Part shown: piece by piece, positions 1 to 7,933 of the stretch | Layout of the letters: the number at the start of each line of letters is the position of its first letter | How positions within the stretch are numbered: the stretch's first letter is position 1 | Origin: Candidatus Iainarchaeum sp. | GTDB taxonomy: Archaea; Iainarchaeota; Iainarchaeia; Iainarchaeales; JAZDEL01 | Length of the DNA: 32,000 bases | Assembly: GCA_043808785.1 (NCBI GenBank) | Contig: JAZDEL010000004.1 | Coordinates: 30,001-62,000 of the forward strand | Direction: 5' to 3' | Notes under the pieces: generated by a model | What the model was told of the DNA's origin: nothing | What the model saw: only the letters and a program-made list of their open reading frames with translations | The model's database searches: none | Translations under genes and position numbers: made by a program

Positions 1-1
1 C

Positions 2-1867
2 CCAGACGTTCTCGTGCACCTGCGCGACCAGCTTGTCTACATCCGCCACGTGAACCTTGTACGCCAAGTCCGCCTTCGAAACGTCGAACTTGTAGAGCTG
101 GATATAGCCCGTGTCTATGCCGTCCTTTACCACGGTTTCATACGTGCTCTGGTATTTGTAGGCTTCGTCCATGAACCCCTTCCAGTCCCCGTCATCCACA
201 AACTTGTCCATTATCCTGCGGATGTGCCTCGGGTTCTCGTAGAGGTCTATCACCTCCCCCGAATTCATCTGCCTCACGCCGTAGTTGTAGAGCTGCGAAT
301 TGGGGTGCCGGACAAAAAAGAAGGGCGCATCCGGCCTTAGCGGCCCGTCGTCCATCTGGTTCAGCCAGCGCGCGAACTGCCTGCCGTAATCCACATATGC
401 CTGCCTTGCCACGCCTGAATTCGGGCCGTAAGCCTTGACAGCCTCGGCATAAGCCCTCTCGGCCATTGCGCTGTTCGCCTCCCCCGCCCCTATATAGGTG
501 CGGAAGTCCTTCACAATCTTCACGAATTCGTGCTTCCTCTCCAGCGAGTTTATGGAATCGAGGTATCCGCCCGGGGAGGACATCTTGTTCCACCATGCCT
601 GGAAATCGTTTGTCATAAAAATCGGGGCATTTGCAGTGCCGCCGACGTCGTTTGTAAGCTCGTCGAAGAACTTCCTGAAGCCGAACTTGTCTATGTTTGC
701 CTGCGCCCTGTCCATCCTGAAATTGCTTATGAACGAGCCCGGCGATTCGAACTTCCGCCTGAATTTGTCCAGGTAGTTCTCAATAGTGCCCTTGAGGAAG
801 CTGCGCCTGCCCACCCAGCCGAAAAGCTTTTTGGACCTGTAGAGCAGCTCGGGCCCGAAGTTTGAGACTGTGAGTTCCGAACTCATCCACGAGTTGAAAT
901 ATTTGTCGAACATGCTGTAAGTGGAGAGCACGCAGGCAGAGCTGGTGCAGTTCGTTGCGAGCTTTGCCTCGAAGCTCCCGCCCTTTACCCGGATGCTGTT
1001 TTTTATGAGGTCGCTCTGCAGGCGCTGGGCAACCTTCATATTGAAAGTTTCCTTGTCCTCGCCCTGGAACGCGGATTTCAGTATGTCGTTTTCCTCGTCC
1101 GTGAATGCGGAAATTTTCACGTCCCCCTCCCAGAGGTTCTGCATGCTTTTCCAAACATTAACAAAATCCGCCTTTATTCCCGCTCCTGAATTCCTGTATT
1201 TCAGGTTCGCGCCGGAAACCGAGCATTTAGGGTCGGAGAGCTCTTCACAGCGCGCTGTGCGCAGGCTGTCCTCGAGCACTATGCCGTAAGCGAACGCCCC
1301 TTTTATGCTGTTGTTAAGGAACTGCGAAATTTCCCATGCGTCGAATTTCTCGTTCGGCTGTTCGACAATCGCGGCCTGCGGCTTCTCCGTATCCGTGATT
1401 TCCTTTTTCACGTCGCCCAGTTCGCGGCCCGGGTCGGTAAGCACGATCTTGTTCTGCTCAAGCTTGTCGCGGTCGGTGTCCGCCTGCGCGCCGGAGCTTA
1501 TCTCCCGCCCCACATACCCGTCCTTCAGGAGGTTCATTATGTTCTGCGATTCTTCGGGAGTGAGCGATTTGGTTTCGCAGGGCTTGCCTGTCCCTAAAGA
1601 GGGCATGCCTGCATCGGCGCCAGTGTCCCCGCCTATTGTTCCGTCGCCTGAAACAAAAGAGGGCTCGGTTGCATCAGTTGCATTTGCCTGCGCCTCGGTG
1701 CTACTAGGGGGGCTTGCCGTGAACGGGTCTGCAGGATTAGTGCCGCCGGAATCCGAACCGTCCTGAAAGAGCACGGGGTATGCGTAAACGCCCTGCACCA
1801 TGAGCATTATCATGCAGAGCGAGAAGAGCCTGATTTCCCAGAGTTCAAAATATTTTCTTTGCCCCAT
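2..1867 (-). CDS. Large secreted protein of unknown function; its C-terminal part lies beyond the left window edge (at least 622 codons here)
   Basis: Absent from the supplied ORF track. I checked every + strand triplet starting at 2,5,8...1865 and found no TTA/CTA/TCA, so this minus-strand frame is open throughout. The ATG at 1867-1865 lies 9 nt after the TAG (1879-1877) of the upstream gene. Translation begins MGQRKYFELWEIRLFSLCMIMLMVQGVYAYPVLFQDGSDSGG (Sec-type signal peptide) and continues ...KYRNSGAGIKADFVNVWKSMQNLWEGD...QMDDGPLRPDAPFFFVRHP... All track ORFs in 1-1870 are short and in other frames. Confidence 0.75.
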   Translation of the reverse strand, partial: MGQRKYFELWEIRLFSLCMIMLMVQGVYAYPVLFQDGSDSGGTNPADPFTASPPSSTEAQANATDATEPSFVSGDGTIGGDTGADAGMPSLGTGKPCETKSLTPEESQNIMNLLKDGYVGREISSGAQADTDRDKLEQNKIVLTDPGRELGDVKKEITDTEKPQAAIVEQPNEKFDAWEISQFLNNSIKGAFAYGIVLEDSLRTARCEELSDPKCSVSGANLKYRNSGAGIKADFVNVWKSMQNLWEGDVKISAFTDEENDILKSAFQGEDKETFNMKVAQRLQSDLIKNSIRVKGGSFEAKLATNCTSSACVLSTYSMFDKYFNSWMSSELTVSNFGPELLYRSKKLFGWVGRRSFLKGTIENYLDKFRRKFESPGSFISNFRMDRAQANIDKFGFRKFFDELTNDVGGTANAPIFMTNDFQAWWNKMSSPGGYLDSINSLERKHEFVKIVKDFRTYIGAGEANSAMAERAYAEAVKAYGPNSGVARQAYVDYGRQFARWLNQMDDGPLRPDAPFFFVRHPNSQLYNYGVRQMNSGEVIDLYENPRHIRRIMDKFVDDGDWKGFMDEAYKYQSTYETVVKDGIDTGYIQLYKFDVSKADLAYKVHVADVDKLVAQVHENVW

Positions 1868-1876
1868 AATCAAAAC

Positions 1877-2416
1877 CTAAAATGCATAAAATATAAGATA
1901 CAGGACCCCGAGCGGAACCCAGGGGAGCAGGAAAATCACCGCTGCGCAGGAGGCGAGAGTGACCGCGAGAACCGAAACATAAACCAGCGCATGGCGGTTC
2001 GCCTTTTTCCGGCGCTTTGAAAGTGCGTCAAACAAAACCGCGCCCAAAACCACGAGCGGCATTATTATGAGCGTTATCACGAACGCAACCGCGGCAACCC
2101 TGATAAGGGAAAGCGCGAACGCCGCCGCATTTTCCACGGGCGCGGGGGCAAGGCCGTCGGGATAGGCTGTTTGGGCGCCCTCGCCCATCGCCGCCAGCAG
2201 GGGGTAGAAATATGCCGCGGAAACCAGAACCAATACAAATAAATATGAGGTAATTGCACTTGATTTGAGCCAGCCGAATTTGTAGTGCCTGGCTATTGCC
2301 GAGCGCACGGGCATGGCCGGGGCAACGAGGATGAAGACGAGTATGGAGCAGATGACGCCGCCCTTTGCAAGGGTGAAGAGCGACATGGCTAACCCTGCAA
2401 CAAAATCCGCGGGCAT
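1877..2416 (-). CDS. Polytopic membrane protein, unknown function (179 aa)
   Basis: Track ORF with an ATG start. It has several long hydrophobic segments (VICSILVFILVAPAM, SYLFVLVLVSAAYFYPLLAA, VAFVITLIIMPLVVLGAVLF, VYVSVLAVTLASCAAVIFLL). Its stop is 9 nt before the ATG of the next minus-strand gene, so the two are probably co-transcribed. No family motif recognised. Confidence 0.65.
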   Translation of the reverse strand: MPADFVAGLAMSLFTLAKGGVICSILVFILVAPAMPVRSAIARHYKFGWLKSSAITSYLFVLVLVSAAYFYPLLAAMGEGAQTAYPDGLAPAPVENAAAFALSLIRVAAVAFVITLIIMPLVVLGAVLFDALSKRRKKANRHALVYVSVLAVTLASCAAVIFLLPWVPLGVLYLIFYAF

Positions 2417-2419
2417 TAT

Positions 2420-2450
2420 GAGTATAATTATAAACTAGTATAAATAACTT
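2420..2450. promoter_or_regulatory. AT-rich divergent promoter region with TATA-like boxes
   Basis: gagtataattataaactagtataaataac is the most AT-rich stretch between the divergent genes starting at 2416 (-) and about 2515 (+). It contains TATAAATA on + and TTATTTATAC / TTTATAAT on -, at archaeal TATA-box distance from the minus-strand ATG. Confidence 0.4.
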
Positions 2451-2514
2451 TAGTAAACGGGTTTACCGGCAAGGGGTTTGTTGGCAGAGGGTTTGCAAAG
2501 GATTTGGGAAAGGT

Positions 2515-4143
2515 TTGGCGGAACTTGTTTGGCTGTGTGGTTGTTTTGATTGCTTTGTTCGGGATCGTGCGGGAACGGGTGTGATCGCTTTGCTGTCCGT
2601 GTTCGGGGTTCTTCTGGATTTTGATTTCATTGTTGACGTGCTTTTCGCGCTCTGCCTCCTGCTCGGCTCCACGAGCGCGGGCTACCTTTTCCTGCGCGCG
2701 GGCTGGCCGAAGATAAGGGTGCTGGAGCACTCGTACAAAACAGGCTGGTCGGTAATTCTCGGCTCGCTTTTCACGGTTGCGGTTACGGGAAGCGCTTTCA
2801 TTTTAGGGTTCCTCGGCATGCTTCCGATGCCCAGGCGGAATTACATGTTCATCGCGCTCATAGGCGCGTTCGCGCTTGCGCTTTCACTGCTGACCCTGAG
2901 GAGAAAATTCTTCGCAACAGGCAGTGTTGTGGTTTCCGTGCCGAAAAGGGTTGTCGGCACGAAAATAGTTTCGGAAAAGGTAATGGAAAAATTCGGCGTC
3001 GAGAAAGGGTTTGTCAGTGTCGGGACCCTGGGCGAGGAAAGGGTGAAGGAACTGAAGGGCGCGCTCGGCAAGGGCCCTGCGCAGGCAAGGCAATGGGGAA
3101 AGGCTTTTTCGCCGGCAGCAAAGGCGCCGGGTGCGGAAGCTAAGCCGGCAGCCGGGAAACCCGCGGGCGCGGAAGCAAAGCCCGCGGAGGAAAAACCGGC
3201 GGGCGGCGGGGCGAAGCCATCTGCAATAGGGGGCATTGCCGGGTTTTTCAAAAAAATCCCGCCGATAAAACTTTTCGGAAAGCCGAAGGATAAATCCGGG
3301 GAAGCCGCGGCGGCCGCGGAAAAAAAACCCGCGCCAGCGGCGGCACCAATTCCCGCGAAGCCGGAACAAAAAACCATCGGCCAGATATTAGGTTCCGCAA
3401 AGCCGAAGGGGAGGGAAGGGGAACAGGCACAAGCAAAGAAACAAAAGAATGCTCCCGCCGAGGATGAAACTGCGGAAGCCGAACCCGCGGAAGAAGAACC
3501 AGCTGAGGAACAGGGCGCCGGGGAAGAAGCCGCAGAAGATACGGGAACCGAAGAAGGTGCGGCTGCCGAAGAAACCGAGGAAGAAACCGATGAGGGCGCT
3601 GAGGAAGAGGGCGGAAAGAAAGAACCGGGGGAAACCGCGGAAACGGGGGGGGAAGATGCTGAAGGAGATGAGGCGCCGGAGGAAGAAGAGGGCGTAGAAG
3701 AGGAAACAAAAAAGGGGGCAGGAGAGGGCGCCGGAGAGGAACCTGAAGAGGGCACCGAAGGTGAGGATGAAGAGGCCGAGGGGGATGGGGAAACCGAGGG
3801 GGGCGAAGAAACAGAGGAAGATGAAACAGGGGAGCGCGGGGAAGAACCCGCGGATGAAGATGCGCAGAAGGAAAAGGTAAGGGATGCTGTGAAAAAATCG
3901 CTCATGCGGAAACTTGCGGCAATAAAGGGAACTGAAGGCGGGGAGGCTGAGGATGGAGATGGGGAACCCGCTGAGGAACCGAAGCCGAAGTTGCGGCAGG
4001 CTCCCGCCGTGCAGAAGCCGCGGCAGAAAGCCGCCGCAGCGCCAACCGGAAAAAAGGAGAAGCAGGAAAAAATAGACAAGGTGAAGAAGGACATACTTGA
4101 GAAGCTCAGGAAACTCGAAAAGGGGGGCGGAAAAAATGGCTGA
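2515..4143 (+). CDS. Membrane-anchored protein with a long Ala/Pro/Lys-rich and then extremely Glu/Gly/Ala-rich low-complexity tail (up to 542 aa)
   Basis: Track ORF. The N-terminal ~130 aa contain hydrophobic helices (VIALLSVFGVLLDFDFIVDVLFALCLLL, WSVILGSLFTVAVTGSAFILGFLGML, YMFIALIGAFALALSLLTL). These are followed by KPAAGKPAGAEAKPAEEKPAGGGAKP-type repeats, a ~170-aa block that is mostly E/G/A/T, and a basic C-terminus. The start is uncertain: TTG at 2515, with an in-frame GTG at 2581. The coding strand is strongly purine-rich, which explains the long antisense shadow ORFs. Confidence 0.65.
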   Translation: MAELVWLCGCFDCFVRDRAGTGVIALLSVFGVLLDFDFIVDVLFALCLLLGSTSAGYLFLRAGWPKIRVLEHSYKTGWSVILGSLFTVAVTGSAFILGFLGMLPMPRRNYMFIALIGAFALALSLLTLRRKFFATGSVVVSVPKRVVGTKIVSEKVMEKFGVEKGFVSVGTLGEERVKELKGALGKGPAQARQWGKAFSPAAKAPGAEAKPAAGKPAGAEAKPAEEKPAGGGAKPSAIGGIAGFFKKIPPIKLFGKPKDKSGEAAAAAEKKPAPAAAPIPAKPEQKTIGQILGSAKPKGREGEQAQAKKQKNAPAEDETAEAEPAEEEPAEEQGAGEEAAEDTGTEEGAAAEETEEETDEGAEEEGGKKEPGETAETGGEDAEGDEAPEEEEGVEEETKKGAGEGAGEEPEEGTEGEDEEAEGDGETEGGEETEEDETGERGEEPADEDAQKEKVRDAVKKSLMRKLAAIKGTEGGEAEDGDGEPAEEPKPKLRQAPAVQKPRQKAAAAPTGKKEKQEKIDKVKKDILEKLRKLEKGGGKNG

Positions 4144-5011
4144 CCCCTTGCCTAGGAGGCTCAGGCGTTTCGCAAAGGGCGGCACCGAGCAGGGCGTGAT
4201 GCCCGAGCCTGTGCAGGCGGAAACAGCGGCGCCTGCGGGCGAGCCTAGCGTGGCCCTGCACGGAAACAGGGAAAAAATAATCTCCGCAATAATCGCGCAG
4301 GCAAAGGAAAAGATGCAGGACAGGACGAATGCGCTTGCATCAAAGGAGATTGAAAATTTCAAGGAGAGGCACAACCGCTACCCGCAGACCGACGGCGAGT
4401 ACGACGAGATAGCGGACAGCATATTCGGGCAGCTCAAGGATGAAATGGAAAAGAAGGAAATAAGGAAGCGCGGCAAGGTGCAGCAGAGCTTCCTCGAGGA
4501 GAGGATGAACAGGAGGAAGGCGGGCGCATCTGCGGAGGAAAAGGCTGAGGCAAAGCCAGCGTCGAAGAGAAGGCGCATGCAGGAAGAGGGCGCGGAGGAA
4601 GAGGGGAGAATACCCGCGGATTCGGAAGGCGCCGAAGTGGAAACGGGGGAAGGGGCTGCGGAAGGGGAAGAGGCGGGCGTTTTTGGCGAAGAAGGCGAGG
4701 ATGCCGGGCAGGGAGGAGGCGCTGACGAGCTCGGCACGCAGGGCTTCAGCGAAGAGGAATCAGATTCGCTGGAGGAGGAACTCAAATCCCTTTCGCTTGA
4801 CGACGATTCAGACCTTGTCACAAAGGAGTTCGATGCCGCAAGGAAAAAATGCCCGAACTGCAGGAACCCCGCAAGCGACATAATATACTGCCCGAACTGC
4901 GGCACGGGGTTCTGCGCGCACTGCGCCAAAGGGGCGGAAGTCCTGCAGGAGCAGATAAAATACACCTGCCCCAAATGCGGGTTCCAGTTCAAGGGAAGAA
5001 GGCTGGAATAG
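4136..5011 (+). CDS. Acidic coiled/low-complexity protein with a C-terminal double zinc ribbon (291 aa from the ATG at 4136)
   Basis: The track ORF is 4097-5011. I prefer the in-frame ATG at 4136, which overlaps the upstream stop (ATGGCTGA; TGA at 4141-4143) and follows a G-rich SD-like run (aaggggggcgg). The C-terminus reads CPNCRNPASDIIYCPNCGTGFCAHCAKGAEVLQEQIKYTCPKCG (about 4850-4978), giving four CxxC pairs. Confidence 0.65.
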   Translation: MADPLPRRLRRFAKGGTEQGVMPEPVQAETAAPAGEPSVALHGNREKIISAIIAQAKEKMQDRTNALASKEIENFKERHNRYPQTDGEYDEIADSIFGQLKDEMEKKEIRKRGKVQQSFLEERMNRRKAGASAEEKAEAKPASKRRRMQEEGAEEEGRIPADSEGAEVETGEGAAEGEEAGVFGEEGEDAGQGGGADELGTQGFSEEESDSLEEELKSLSLDDDSDLVTKEFDAARKKCPNCRNPASDIIYCPNCGTGFCAHCAKGAEVLQEQIKYTCPKCGFQFKGRRLE

Positions 5012-5038
5012 TTCCCGCGCGAGGGCGGAACCGCGCGC

Positions 5039-5917
5039 TCACTGATTTGCAGTATTGGTTTGCGGCACGCAATCAAGTTTCAAAATATCCTCTTCCGAAA
5101 GCGCGAGGAATTCCCCCGCCCCCATGCAGCACCATTCCGCGCTTTGCTTGTCGAAAACGCCCTTGAGGTCGGCCGCGGTCCAGATAATCAGGGTTGCCTC
5201 CGCCGCAGATGTGCTGAGCCCGCCCTTCGCGTCAAGTTCGGGCAGGCCTATTTTTGATGATGCCTGGTAGCTGCCGCCAAGCCTGCCCTTCAGTTTCTGC
5301 AGGGCATCGAAGAAGCCGGAATTAATTTTACCGAGGGCGCAGAAATAATCGATGTGCGCCGGGCTGCGTGCGGAAACCTGCAAATCTCTCCCGGAACCCG
5401 CAACGGCAAAGTTGCTTGTGTGCATAAACGCGAAAACAAAGTCAGTCTTGCCCTTGGAGATGTAGAATATGTAATCGAAGGAGTTCGAGAGCGGGCGCAT
5501 CGCGGAACGCAGGCTTGAGGAAAGCGCTGCCGCGGCATCCACGCCTATAGAATGCCTGTCTGCGTAATCCTCCTTCACATACGCAAGGAGATAGTCTATT
5601 TCCGCTTCGCCGAAGTAAATCGACTGTTCGGGGGAGCGTGCAGTGGAGCTGTAGAGCATTGTCTTCAGCGCTGAGGTGGCGTAATCCGCATAATACTGGC
5701 TCTCTATCTGCTCCGCGGCGGAATTGCCGTAGCTGTTTGAAAATGCGAAAAGGAAAACGCAGAGCGCGCTCGCTATCATGAGGAAGTACATCGCGTCGGT
5801 TACAGCAGCCTGCCCCCGCGAGCCGATTGGCGGAAAAACACCCCGCAAACCGGGCGGCTTCGCGCGCGGCAAAACGCGCTGCGCATTGGTTCGCACCCAG
5901 TTGCGGGTTCCGCTCAT
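5039..5917 (-). CDS. Pilin-like protein of the pilus locus (candidate class III signal ...GSRG/QAAVTDAMYFLMIASALCVFLFAF)
   Basis: The track ORF extends to 6049 but would then overlap the upstream gene by 130 nt. The ATG at 5917-5915 forms an ATGA overlap with the upstream TGA (5916-5914). An in-frame TTG (giving MRGVFPPIGSRGQ...) is an alternative start. An RGQ motif is followed by a ~20-aa hydrophobic helix. Confidence 0.6.
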   Translation of the reverse strand: MSGTRNWVRTNAQRVLPRAKPPGLRGVFPPIGSRGQAAVTDAMYFLMIASALCVFLFAFSNSYGNSAAEQIESQYYADYATSALKTMLYSSTARSPEQSIYFGEAEIDYLLAYVKEDYADRHSIGVDAAAALSSSLRSAMRPLSNSFDYIFYISKGKTDFVFAFMHTSNFAVAGSGRDLQVSARSPAHIDYFCALGKINSGFFDALQKLKGRLGGSYQASSKIGLPELDAKGGLSTSAAEATLIIWTAADLKGVFDKQSAEWCCMGAGEFLALSEEDILKLDCVPQTNTANQ

Positions 5918-6459
5918 CTCCAAGCAATCACCACCAGGTGCATGGGCTTGACAACCATGTTGTCTTCTACGGCTACGGGGTAAACCTTCACAACAACCGT
6001 TGCCTGAAGCGCGTTCTCCTTTGAAAATGGCTCCCCGGAGTTTGTGCATTCAAGCGCATCGCCGCCAAGGGAGAAAGGCGCCAGGCGGTAGATGTCAAGA
6101 ATTTCGGGTTCGGCAGCGGCGGCAGTATGGGCATACACATCTGTTACAAACGCCCTGTACTTCATCCCCGAAATCCCAAGTGAGGCGCAACGCACGGAGA
6201 ATTCCGCGGCACTTCCTATGTAGCCGTTCGCCTTGAGCGCGTGCGCAAGCTGCAGCGCCTTAAGGTCGTGCTGGAAGTCCCTGTCCCTTGCCTCGAAAAC
6301 GCCGAAGGCGAAGGCGAATGTGGAAAAAAATACGACGAGCGCGAAGAGCAGGGGGATAAGGCTGGGCAAATCATCCCCTATCGGGCCGATAAAGCCGCGC
6401 GCGGTTTTCGGCAGCGGCAGGAATGAAACACGCCTTGCGGCGCTCGCCCCGCTCAGCAC
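5914..6459 (-). CDS. Pilus-locus protein with an N-terminal hydrophobic helix (...KTARGFIGPIGDDLPSLIPLLFALVVFFSTFAFAFGVF)
   Basis: The track ORF extends to 6537. The GTG at 6459-6457 overlaps the upstream stop (GTGCTGA; TGA at 6455-6453), consistent with translational coupling. It has a single N-terminal TM helix followed by a soluble domain. Confidence 0.5.
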   Translation of the reverse strand: MLSGASAARRVSFLPLPKTARGFIGPIGDDLPSLIPLLFALVVFFSTFAFAFGVFEARDRDFQHDLKALQLAHALKANGYIGSAAEFSVRCASLGISGMKYRAFVTDVYAHTAAAAEPEILDIYRLAPFSLGGDALECTNSGEPFSKENALQATVVVKVYPVAVEDNMVVKPMHLVVIAWR

Positions 6460-7112
6460 CTGAAACCGCCCTCCTCGTCGGGCAGGTTCTGCGCACGCAC
6501 AAAATCCTTTCCCACGCGGTCCTTGTCGGCGGTGCACGTGCCCGAGTTGCAGGGGATTATGTAAACTATCGGCTGGCCGCCAACCACTTCCTTTACGAAA
6601 ATTATTTCATTGGTGGGGACCGCTGCCTGCGGGTCGGCGAAAACCCCGTCAGTAACCTCGCCCCACACCCCGTCGGTCTCGCCGAACATCCTTATTGTTG
6701 CCGAAGTTATGAACGAATCAGCGGCTATTGCGTGGGCAGGGTCCTTCCTCCTGAAAATCTGGAACACGAGGTATTTCAGTTCCTTTTCCCCGGCGCCGCT
6801 TTCCGAAATATCGCTCGCGGAAATTTTCATGACATAAAACTGCTCCCCGCCGGAAACCGAGAGCGCGGGCGGGAGCGCGTAACGCACGCTGTCGCAGTAG
6901 GAGGGGGAATTGACAAGCGAATCCGCCATCCTCTTCGCCCTGTCGACGACTATCTGCGCCTCCTTATCTATGGTGACAAGGATGAAACTCGTTGTGAAAT
7001 AGGAAACTATGGCAAATACCGCAACCACAAGGATTAGCAGGTTCATCTTGCTGAGTATGAAGCCGAGCATTGGAAACACCGCCTCGTGGTTCGCGCAGCA
7101 GCGCAAAGGCAA
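6453..7112 (-). CDS. Pilus-locus protein with an N-terminal hydrophobic helix (MLGFILSKMNLLILVVAVFAIVSYFTT)
   Basis: Track ORF. The TTG at 7112 is preceded by GGAGGGGG (7129-7122 on the minus strand) with 9-nt spacing. The ATG at 7070 (MLGFILSK...) is an alternative start. Same strand and tight spacing as the neighbouring pilin-like genes. Confidence 0.6.
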   Translation of the reverse strand: MPLRCCANHEAVFPMLGFILSKMNLLILVVAVFAIVSYFTTSFILVTIDKEAQIVVDRAKRMADSLVNSPSYCDSVRYALPPALSVSGGEQFYVMKISASDISESGAGEKELKYLVFQIFRRKDPAHAIAADSFITSATIRMFGETDGVWGEVTDGVFADPQAAVPTNEIIFVKEVVGGQPIVYIIPCNSGTCTADKDRVGKDFVRAQNLPDEEGGFRC

Positions 7113-7134
7113 TCATGCATCCCCCTCCGCACGG

Positions 7135-7180
7135 CGCGCACGGAAAGGCGCACGCACTCGCGCACGGAAAGGCACGCACT
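7135..7180. repeat. Tandem direct repeat, 24 + 22 bp, in the spacer between two pilin-like genes
   Basis: cgcgcacggaaaggcgcacgcact (7135-7158) is followed immediately by cgcgcacggaaaggcacgcact (7159-7180). The copies are identical except for a 2-nt deletion. Confidence 0.85.
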
Positions 7181-7767
7181 TACCCACTTACCCTCCTGTA
7201 AGGGCATACAATCGGGGCATCGGCATCGAGGCCGAAGGGGTTAAGCAATTTATACTGCCCCTCCCGTATGCTCTCGCTGCCCCAGTTTTCGAGAACCCAG
7301 CCCTCGCCCGGCTGTGCCGGGTCGCAGGGCGCATCCGCAAGGAAATTCGTCATGCTGCTTATCCTCAGGCACCTCACGGAGTGGTAGTTCGCGCTGGAGA
7401 ACATGAGAAGATAGCAGCTTCTTGAGGAGCCGCCGCAGTAATGCGAGCACACGGTTTCGTCGTCCATGTGGCGTATGCAGAGCTTCGCCCCCTCGGGGTC
7501 GGATGAATAGCTGCAGCCCCTGTCCGTCGATGCCCTGAAGCACCCGGGAATTGTGAAGGAAACCGAGGCGTGCCCCTGGCTCTTTGCGACTGTTTCTATG
7601 GCGGTTTTCATGTTCTCGACGGAACTGTCCGCCTCGCCCTTGCATTTTTCCTGGTTCAGGTAGTTTATCGCGACAAGCCCCGCGCCTATCACGAAGGTCA
7701 TCACTATCACGGCGACGAGCAGTTCGAAGGGCGCCGCCTCCTGCCCCGCACGGTTTAAAGTGCGCAT
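7180..7767 (-). CDS. Cys-rich pilin-like protein with a class III signal peptide (MRTLNRAG/QEAAPFELLVAVIVMTFVIGAGLVAINYL), 195 aa
   Basis: The track ORF extends to 8025 but would then cross a TATA box and T-run terminators. The ATG at 7767-7765 lies about 27 nt downstream of TTTAAATA (7797-7790 on the minus strand). The leader is short and basic, with G-Q followed by a ~22-aa hydrophobic helix. The mature part has 10 Cys. Confidence 0.7.
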   Translation of the reverse strand: MRTLNRAGQEAAPFELLVAVIVMTFVIGAGLVAINYLNQEKCKGEADSSVENMKTAIETVAKSQGHASVSFTIPGCFRASTDRGCSYSSDPEGAKLCIRHMDDETVCSHYCGGSSRSCYLLMFSSANYHSVRCLRISSMTNFLADAPCDPAQPGEGWVLENWGSESIREGQYKLLNPFGLDADAPIVCPYRRVSG

Positions 7768-7789
7768 GATAGGAAGAACTGCGAGGATG

Positions 7790-7797
7790 TATTTAAA
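7790..7797 (-). promoter_or_regulatory. TATA box (TTTAAATA) for the gene starting at 7767
   Basis: The minus strand reads acCTTTAAATAcatcc. The centre is about 27 nt upstream of the ATG, implying a leaderless or very short-leader mRNA. Nearly the same motif (aaCCTTTAAATAtt) precedes the gene starting at 8667. Confidence 0.5.
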
Positions 7798-7844
7798 GGT
7801 TAGCAGGGCGGGGAATTGCGGAAAAACAAAAGGCAAGCCGCGGA

Positions 7845-7927
7845 CAAAAACAAAAAACAAACCCGCCCGAACGCGGGGTTTACTGCGTATGCACAAAAAC
7901 AAAAAACCCGCGGTTTGTTTTTTTTTG
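7845..7927 (-). terminator. Two tandem hairpin + oligo-T terminators after the small pilin gene
   Basis: Just after the TAA at 7936-7934 the minus strand reads ...AAACCGCGGGTTTTTTGTTTTTGT..., and then CCCCGCGTTCGGGCGGGTTTGTTTTTTGTTTTTGT. Each is a GC hairpin followed by T-runs. The first also reads as hairpin + T9 on the + strand. Confidence 0.55.
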
Positions 7928-7933
7928 AGGCGC

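Noticed and set aside
1877-2416. Possibility that the 179-aa membrane protein is the missing prepilin peptidase
   Set aside because: I found no GxGD-type or paired-Asp A24 peptidase motif by reading the sequence. It is also separated from the pilus locus by the divergent acidic-protein genes.
3100-4100. E/G/A-rich region as a DNA tandem repeat or CRISPR-like array
   Set aside because: I saw no fixed period or repeated spacer/repeat units. The redundancy is compositional (GAA/GAG/GGA/GCN codons). Every short direct repeat I found in the window has only two copies.
2841-5076. Long minus-strand ORFs 2841-4094 (417 aa), 3388-4374 (328 aa), 3248-3709 and 4378-5076 (232 aa)
   Set aside because: They are antisense shadows of the purine-rich (GAA/GAG/GGA) acidic-protein genes. 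Their translations are featureless S/P/A/F strings without signal, TM or catalytic motifs, whereas the + strand products have TM helices, a translationally coupled junction and a zinc ribbon.
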